Both the position numbers and the translations under genes were made by a program. Below, piece after piece: positions 26,013 through 32,000 of a stretch of DNA of 32,000 bases. The stretch's first letter is position 1. Every line of letters begins with the position of its first letter. Source of the stretch: Cuniculiplasma divulgatum (GTDB lineage: Archaea > Thermoplasmatota > Thermoplasmata > Thermoplasmatales > Thermoplasmataceae). The DNA is taken from positions 390,001 through 422,000 of the forward strand of contig NZ_LT671858.1 in NCBI RefSeq assembly GCF_900083515.1, in the 5' to 3' direction. The notes under the pieces are model-generated. The model saw only the letters and a program-made list of their open reading frames with translations. It made no database searches and was not told the origin of the DNA.

Positions 26013-27430
26013 TGACATATCATCAGGCAGAATACAATGAAAAATATATCAAGGAAATCAACTCAGAAAACAGTTTTTCATGTGAAAAAATTGAATTGCC
26101 AAAATTAGACGATTCAATTGCTCAGGATGACCTGAAACTTCCAGAAATAGCTGAAAATGATGTTGTAAGGCATTATGTGAGGCTGTCTCAGATGAACTAT
26201 GCCGTTGACACAGGATTCTATCCACTCGGCTCCTGTACTATGAAATTCAATCCAAAATTTGCAGACAGAATTGCAAATGACTCAAGATTTGCAAGGGTGC
26301 ATCCACTGGCTGACTATGAATATTCACAGGGAAATCTGCAGGTAATGTATGAATTGAGGGAATATCTTAAGGTCATTTCAGGCATGGACGCGGTGAGCTT
26401 GCAACCCCTGGCTGGAGCACACGGTGAGTTCACATCCATGTTGATTGTGAGAAAATACATGGAAGATACTGGGGAGACCGGCAGAACAGAAATCATAATA
26501 CCAGATTCAGCGCATGGTACAAACCCAGCTTCTGCGGCAATGGCAGGATTCTCCGTTGTTGAGATACCATCTCTTGAGACTGGTGTTATCAACATGGATG
26601 CACTGGAAGCTGCGTTGAGTGAAAAAACAGCAGCATTTATGATAACAAATCCTAACACACTTGGAATCTTTGAAACAGACATCAAGGAGATAGCAGATAT
26701 GGTGCACAGGAATGGCTCTCTGCTTTATTATGATGGTGCCAACCTGAATGCCATACTGGGATTAACATCACCAGGATCAATGGGCTTTGATATGGTGCAT
26801 TTTAATCTTCATAAGACATTTGCAACACCACATGGCGGGGGTGGACCCGGGGCTGGTCCAGTTGCCGTCAAATCGTTCCTGGAAAAATATCTTCCATTTC
26901 CCAGAATCGAAAAGGAAGGTGATCTTTATATTCTTAAATCTGATGAAAAAGATAGTATAGGTAGAGTCGCCGGTTTTCAGGGTTCATTCACCAATTTACT
27001 AAGAGCGTGGGCTTACATAAAATACAAGGGATCAAACGGTCTCCTATTAAATACTCAAAGGGCAGTGCTCAATGCAAACTACATGGCAAAGAGGCTGGAA
27101 CCAATACTCAATTACCATCACGAGGGGTTGAAGAAACACGAAGTTATAATGTCAACGAAAATGGTAAATAAAAGGGCGCTGGACATTGCAAAATATATTA
27201 TTAACAAGGGTGTTCATGCTCCGACCATATATTTCCCTTTGATAGTTCCTGAGGCCTTAATGATTGAACCAACAGAGGACGCAAGCAGGGATGATATGGA
27301 TGAGTTCTGTAACATAATTCAGGAAGCAGTATTAACACCAGACGAAGAACTTCATAAAATGCCTGTTAATCTTTCAATTGGAAGGGCTGATGAAGTAAAG
27401 GCGGCAAAGGATTTAAAACTAAAATGGTAG
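26012..27430 (+). CDS. gcvPB: Glycine dehydrogenase (decarboxylating) subunit 2
   Basis: YPLGSCTMKFNP, QPLAGAHGEF, and the PLP-lysine block HFNLHKTFATPHGGGGPGAGP. Confidence 0.95.
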   Translation: MTYHQAEYNEKYIKEINSENSFSCEKIELPKLDDSIAQDDLKLPEIAENDVVRHYVRLSQMNYAVDTGFYPLGSCTMKFNPKFADRIANDSRFARVHPLADYEYSQGNLQVMYELREYLKVISGMDAVSLQPLAGAHGEFTSMLIVRKYMEDTGETGRTEIIIPDSAHGTNPASAAMAGFSVVEIPSLETGVINMDALEAALSEKTAAFMITNPNTLGIFETDIKEIADMVHRNGSLLYYDGANLNAILGLTSPGSMGFDMVHFNLHKTFATPHGGGGPGAGPVAVKSFLEKYLPFPRIEKEGDLYILKSDEKDSIGRVAGFQGSFTNLLRAWAYIKYKGSNGLLLNTQRAVLNANYMAKRLEPILNYHHEGLKKHEVIMSTKMVNKRALDIAKYIINKGVHAPTIYFPLIVPEALMIEPTEDASRDDMDEFCNIIQEAVLTPDEELHKMPVNLSIGRADEVKAAKDLKLKW

Positions 27431-27431
27431 A

Positions 27432-28250
27432 TCAGATGGCCCGGAATTTCCTTTTTCCGGCCTCATAAATCTCTCCATCTGCGCCAAGGAGATTTAGGGT
27501 TTCATCCAGCTGTCTGGCCTCAACACCATCCTTGGCCAATCTCTGCAAAATTTCATCATAACTTATTCCACCAAATGGATTATTTTCCTTTATTATCTGG
27601 AGAACATTATCTTTCAATTTTACAGCAGCATCCGAAAACTGGTAAGATGACATCCCTGCAATTATCTCTTCCAGTGGTCCAGTATTGTAATTTTCATATA
27701 ATGAATATGCCTTCAAAGAACCCTTTGCCTCATCTTCTGTAAACCCGAGATCCATTAAGTGATTCTGATCTATTTCAGGGGATTTTCTGATCTCCTTTAT
27801 TGCCAAGAGCCTGTTATTCAGAGACTTAGCTGTTCTCATTTTCCAGTATTCAGTATCAACCTCATTCACCGTTCTGACATATTCTGGATTTATGTTAATG
27901 TACATTTTTCCTTCATTAGACCTGAAATAGGATGTTCTTCCCATCAGAACTACAAGATCATTCTCGTTCACAGCATCCACCTGAACCTTTGTGTTCTGGT
28001 TGAAATCCTTGGAGAAAAATGTAACATAAAAAGCACCCGTGTGATCCGCCACTGTGAATTTCGTCATATCATTATCCTGGGTCTTCTGCGTTATTTTTCC
28101 GCAAATTAGTATTCTCCTTCCATAAGAACCGCCTGGTGTGATGAAATATTCTCTTCTGGCATCGTCTTCACCTTCCACAAAGGTCATGGTTGTATCTCTC
28201 AATTCCTTTGCAAATATCCATCTTGCTGGTTCTCTCCTTCTCTCCATCAA
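27432..28250 (-). CDS. RPA32-like / RPA-associated OB-fold protein with C-terminal winged helix
   Basis: 272 aa. A single OB-like core (RILICGKITQKT...FTVADHTGAFYVTFF...DLVVLMGR), a linker, then a C-terminal wH-like ISYDEILQRLAKDGVEARQLDETLNLLGADGEIYE. Its start overlaps the upstream RPA gene's stop by 4 nt. Confidence 0.7.
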   Translation of the reverse strand: MMERRREPARWIFAKELRDTTMTFVEGEDDARREYFITPGGSYGRRILICGKITQKTQDNDMTKFTVADHTGAFYVTFFSKDFNQNTKVQVDAVNENDLVVLMGRTSYFRSNEGKMYININPEYVRTVNEVDTEYWKMRTAKSLNNRLLAIKEIRKSPEIDQNHLMDLGFTEDEAKGSLKAYSLYENYNTGPLEEIIAGMSSYQFSDAAVKLKDNVLQIIKENNPFGGISYDEILQRLAKDGVEARQLDETLNLLGADGEIYEAGKRKFRAI

Positions 28251-29389
28251 TTTTGCACCCCTTTTATTTCATTCTTCAGGTAAGAAATATCAGTATTGGT
28301 AACGTAACTCACTTCTGAAGATCGCATGGAAAGTCCCATATTATTTATGCGAAGGTTTCCCTTTATTTTTAGTGCATTATGAACCAGGGCAATTTCAACC
28401 TTTTCCTTCACTTCTTTCTTCAATGGTGGTCTCTGAGGATTATCCAGGTATTCCCTTGATATGTTTATTATGTTCTTCAGGGCTTCATATCCTGCATTAA
28501 CCTGCAGATAATCGGTCCCGTCATCTACTGTGAAATAGGCGAATATATCATAGATCAATTTTGCATCGGGGTGGTCTGCACATCTAACATCATCTACTCT
28601 CTGATTACATTCACTACATCTAACAACCAGGCCACTCTTTTCTCCCATGTTTATTACAAATCCAGATATTGTAATTCCTCCCACAGCCCCTTTTAGTGTT
28701 GAAATATCCTGAATATTATCATTTTCTTTGAGTTCAACGTTCAAATATTCTACCTTGGCCTTATCAGACATGTTCAATCTATAATAGCCGTTGAATTCAT
28801 CAAGTCTTACACCCTCGATTCTGGCATATTTTCCCTGTTCTAACTTTCTCCCAAACGATGATATTGGAACAGTGCCGGTCTGATCTTTGAGGATGTACTG
28901 GAAAACTTCCTTTTTTTCTCCCTCCTTTTCATACTCTCTCTTATTTTCAGAAGTTAGCAATCCCTCAACAGTTATGAATTTGTCCTTCATATCCAGGTCC
29001 TTAATTTCATAATATTTGTAAGTTCTCTTTACTTCCAGTATTTCCGTAAGCAATTTGAATTCAGTTCTGGCATCAAAATAAAGTCTTAGTTTATCCTTAT
29101 AGCTTTTTGTGTAACACTTTGATATCAGATAAACATCGTTATCCCTCACTGTGCCTGGAATAGACCAGGCTGTAAAGGGAATAACTCCAGTCTCATCTCC
29201 AACCAGACCGTAGTGATATGTCAGAGGACCCTTATCGTTCTGTATCTCTCTCTTGGACATTGAAAGGATCTTAGCCTTTATCTCTATGTCCACTACCTCT
29301 CCTTTTATTTCAGCTATTTTCAATTTTTTTGAGGATTCCATTCCATAATATAATTCTACAGCAGTTATAGTTTTATCGATCATATGCAT
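28247..29389 (-). CDS. rpa: Replication protein A (single-stranded DNA-binding protein) with OB folds and a zinc finger
   Basis: 380 aa. Repeated OB-fold starts (IKAKILSMSKRE..., ITVEGLLTSENK..., ITISGFVINMGEKSGLVVRC) and a C-x2-C-x8-C-x2-H zinc module, CSECNQRVDDVRCADH, embedded in the last OB fold as in euryarchaeal RPA41-type proteins. Confidence 0.8.
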   Translation of the reverse strand: MHMIDKTITAVELYYGMESSKKLKIAEIKGEVVDIEIKAKILSMSKREIQNDKGPLTYHYGLVGDETGVIPFTAWSIPGTVRDNDVYLISKCYTKSYKDKLRLYFDARTEFKLLTEILEVKRTYKYYEIKDLDMKDKFITVEGLLTSENKREYEKEGEKKEVFQYILKDQTGTVPISSFGRKLEQGKYARIEGVRLDEFNGYYRLNMSDKAKVEYLNVELKENDNIQDISTLKGAVGGITISGFVINMGEKSGLVVRCSECNQRVDDVRCADHPDAKLIYDIFAYFTVDDGTDYLQVNAGYEALKNIINISREYLDNPQRPPLKKEVKEKVEIALVHNALKIKGNLRINNMGLSMRSSEVSYVTNTDISYLKNEIKGVQN

Positions 29390-29529
29390 ATTCTGGTTAC
29401 ATCGCTTACGGTAACTGATAAAGCAGAATTTAGTCCGAATAATACTCTAAAATAAATACAGTTTTTATTGTAAATATTTAAAAATAAATTAAATACCATT
29501 GTCATATTACTTACAGGAAGTGATTTACA

Positions 29530-30294
29530 GTGATAGGAATAATCGGGGGCAGTGGCCTCTACAATCTTATAACAATTGAAGAAAGCAAAATGATTGACAC
29601 TCCATTTGGAATACCATCAGCAGAAATAGAAATTGGTGATTTCAATGGAAAGAAAGTTGCTTTCCTTCCAAGACATGGAAAGAAACACAATATACCACCA
29701 CATATGGTAAATTATAGGGCAAACATATGGGCCCTTCACAGTATAGGTTGTGATGAAATACTGGGGATTAATGCAGTAGGTTCACTGAAGGAGGAATTAA
29801 AGCCAGGTGATGTGGTAATTCCAGATCAGTACATAGATTTTACAAAAAATAGAAAATTAACATTCTATGATGGCCCTGAAGTTATTCACATATCATCGGC
29901 AGATCCATTTTGCCCAAGGATCAACAAAGAACTGAGTTCAGTGTCCAAAAAGCATGGAGACACACATGATCAGGGAACTTACGTCGTAATAGAAGGCCCA
30001 AGGTTCTCTACCAGAGCGGAATCAAAAATGTTTAGGCAATTTGGAGATATAATTGGAATGACTTTAGTGCCAGAGATTAACCTTGCGGATGAGCTCGGCA
30101 TGTGTTATTCTTTAATTGCAAACGTTACTGACTATGATGTGTGGTCTGACAAACCCGTAGAGGCATCAGAAGTCATCAAGATCCTTAAGGAAAATGAGGA
30201 AAAAACACAGAAAATTATTGCAGATTTTCTGAAAATACATTCGGAACAAAGAACATGCGAGTGTAAAAATAGACTAGAAAATGCGAGGTTATAA
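29530..30294 (+). CDS. mtnP: S-methyl-5'-thioadenosine phosphorylase
   Basis: [50 protein letters not shown], and GMTLVPE. GTG start preceded by ggaagtga. Confidence 0.9.
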   Translation: MIGIIGGSGLYNLITIEESKMIDTPFGIPSAEIEIGDFNGKKVAFLPRHGKKHNIPPHMVNYRANIWALHSIGCDEILGINAVGSLKEELKPGDVVIPDQYIDFTKNRKLTFYDGPEVIHISSADPFCPRINKELSSVSKKHGDTHDQGTYVVIEGPRFSTRAESKMFRQFGDIIGMTLVPEINLADELGMCYSLIANVTDYDVWSDKPVEASEVIKILKENEEKTQKIIADFLKIHSEQRTCECKNRLENARL

Positions 30295-30296
30295 AT

Positions 30297-31526
30297 TTGT
30301 TAAAAATGAAGTTTTTAGGAGGAGCAGAAGAAGTAGGCAGGTTGGGAATAATAATCAATATGGATGATAAGGTATTTCAGGTAGATTATGGAGTAATCCC
30401 AGAAAAACCTCCATTGTTTCCACTGCCACCAGAAAAGATAGACGGACTTTTTGTGACACATTCACATCTGGATCATATAGGTGCATTGCCTATGTACTAC
30501 CAGAATGATGGTGTGGATATTTTTGCTACAGAAATGACATCTAACACAGCCAGGCCAATGCTTAACGATTCAATCAAAATAACTGCCATAGAGGGCTACG
30601 TAGAACGATTCAATCGGGAAGATGTAGAAAAGATGTATACATTTATGAATCAGACAAAATACAACGAAAAGATCGTTCTAGATGAAGTGAATGTTACACC
30701 ATACTCAGCAGGCCATATACCAGGATCAACAATGTGGAAATTTGAAAATTCTGATGAAGTAATGGTTACTGGCGATCTTTATACAGGAGATTCAAAACTG
30801 TTAACTGGGGCCAAACCAAGAAAGGTGAAGAATCTAGTAATTGAGAGTACGTATGCAGGTAAGAACCACGAAGATAGAGAAGAAGTTAGAAAAAGACTAA
30901 GAGAAAGAGTATCTGAAATCGTGGAACATGGAGGAAAAGTTATACTGCCTTCATTTGCAATGGGAAGAATGCAGGAGCTAATAATGTCTCTTTCTGACCT
31001 GCCATATAAGATAGCCACCGATGGAATGGGCAATCTTATAACAAGTATTTATCTTAATACGCCTGGTTACCTGAGATCAGACAGGGAATTCAGAAAATCC
31101 CTGTCAAGTGTGAAGGCAATACGAGGAAAAAGAATGAGGGAAAACATAGATTCAGCAGATGTAATCATTTCCACATCAGGAATGCTTGATGGTGGACCAG
31201 CCCTATCCTATATAGAAAAGTATGTACATGACGACAAAAGTGCCATATTTATGACAGGATATCAGGTAGAAGGAACAAATGGGAGGAACCTGATGGAAAA
31301 GGGAACACTGAATCTATCTGGAGTTGAAGTAAAGCCTGATATGGCGGTTGAATTCTTTGATATGTCTGCACATGCAGGTCATGATGAGCTAATATCTTTC
31401 ATAAAGGGATGCCAGCCAGAGAATGTAATTCTTTGTCACGGAGATCGGAGAGAGGCTATCGTGGATGATCTTGGAAATTACAATGTGGTACTGCCATACA
31501 ATGGGAAGGAATTTACCTTAAACTAA
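30297..31526 (+). CDS. Metallo-beta-lactamase / beta-CASP family ribonuclease (short archaeal CPSF-like form)
   Basis: HxHxDH motif VTHSHLDHIGALP, YSAGHIPGS, and beta-CASP motifs ESTYAG, MSAHAGHDELISFI and ILCHGD. TTG at 30297; the ATG at 30306 (MKFLGG) is the more likely start. Confidence 0.85.
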   Translation: MLKMKFLGGAEEVGRLGIIINMDDKVFQVDYGVIPEKPPLFPLPPEKIDGLFVTHSHLDHIGALPMYYQNDGVDIFATEMTSNTARPMLNDSIKITAIEGYVERFNREDVEKMYTFMNQTKYNEKIVLDEVNVTPYSAGHIPGSTMWKFENSDEVMVTGDLYTGDSKLLTGAKPRKVKNLVIESTYAGKNHEDREEVRKRLRERVSEIVEHGGKVILPSFAMGRMQELIMSLSDLPYKIATDGMGNLITSIYLNTPGYLRSDREFRKSLSSVKAIRGKRMRENIDSADVIISTSGMLDGGPALSYIEKYVHDDKSAIFMTGYQVEGTNGRNLMEKGTLNLSGVEVKPDMAVEFFDMSAHAGHDELISFIKGCQPENVILCHGDRREAIVDDLGNYNVVLPYNGKEFTLN

Positions 31527-31541
31527 AATTTTTAATTTTTA

Positions 31542-32000
31542 TCATCCTATAAGGGCTGCTGCGGCGGTGAGCATAAACTGTATGGCAAAAGCCGCAACAA
31601 ACAGTCCAAAAATCCTTGTTATGGCCTTCATAGATTTATCACCCAATGCTTTTGATATGGGAGTAGCAAAGGAAAATAGAATCAGAACAACAACAAATAT
31701 AATGATCACTGAAATAATAGTATAACCCATGGAAATGTAACTCTTCCTGGCGAGTATTATGACTAGGGAAATTGCACCAGGACCTGCCAGTAAGGGAGTC
31801 GCGAATGGAACAATTCCAAGATCTGGGTTCTTGAAGGTCTTACCCGTTGATTTTGGTCGATCACCTTCTCTTACCATTTCAATTCCCATTATCAGTAATA
31901 TAATTCCGCCTGCAATCTCTATGGCGTTAATTGAAATCCCCATCAAGGATAGAACATAATAACCGGCTACGGTAAAAAATACAAGTATCAGACTCCCATA
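31542..32000 (-). CDS. MarC family integral membrane protein, C-terminal part (gene continues beyond the right edge)
   Basis: The track gives 31542..31946, but the frame stays open upstream to nt 32000 (..YGSLILVFFTVAGYYVLSLMGISINAIEIAGG..). That stretch aligns with the middle of the MarC paralog at 10299..10958 (..IVGFVLVGYYIFEGLGININDFKVAGG..). Shared block LGIVPFATPLLAGPGAISLVIIL. Confidence 0.8.
   Translation of the reverse strand, partial: YGSLILVFFTVAGYYVLSLMGISINAIEIAGGIILLIMGIEMVREGDRPKSTGKTFKNPDLGIVPFATPLLAGPGAISLVIILARKSYISMGYTIISVIIIFVVVLILFSFATPISKALGDKSMKAITRIFGLFVAAFAIQFMLTAAAALIG

Noticed and set aside
1-32000. CRISPR arrays, IS elements or transposases, rRNA genes, prophage or defence islands, and TPP/fluoride-type riboswitch cores
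   Set aside because: I scanned the intergenic regions and the ORF products. There are no regularly spaced direct repeats, no DDE or serine/tyrosine recombinase-like ORFs, and no long GC-rich structured RNA apart from the single tRNA. No CUGAGA...ACCUGAUCUGGAUAAUGCCAGCG-like THI-box sequence was found in any spacer.

Overview
AT-rich archaeal chromosomal segment. The archaeal assignment rests on PCNA, a zinc-finger RPA with its OB-fold partner, a beta-CASP/CPSF-type nuclease, an archaea-type central-HTH regulator, and gene content that looks Thermoplasmata-like; lineage is inference only. The window is densely packed (about 36 genes, many with 1-4 nt overlaps) and is overwhelmingly housekeeping. 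Recognised functions are: aromatic amino-acid synthesis (aroC fragment, aroD); the aspartate pathway (asd plus a short aspartate kinase); dTDP-sugar genes (rmlA-like, rmlD); a PhoU-like/PiT phosphate module; two MarC paralogs; glycine cleavage (gcvH, and separately gcvPA/gcvPB); rlmE; an M61 peptidase; hemB; mdh; queD/queC coupled to a DECR-like SDR; tRNA-Arg(CCU); PCNA; an RPA pair; MTAP; and a beta-CASP nuclease. I see no CRISPR array, transposase, integrase, rRNA or recognisable defence system. I cannot honestly name a new system here. The best places for something undescribed are: (i) two overlapping orphan ORFs at 8612-10157, which are either a coupled pair or one frameshifted gene; (ii) a convergent orphan pair at 3652-4832, one member carrying an R-x4-H (HEPN-like) motif; (iii) a two-domain KaiC/GvpD-like ATPase followed by an unusually long 476-bp non-coding spacer; (iv) an orphan 299-aa gene divergent from PCNA; and (v) a dienoyl-CoA-reductase-like SDR translationally coupled to queD-queC. 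All functional calls come from motif recognition by eye, and no searches were run.
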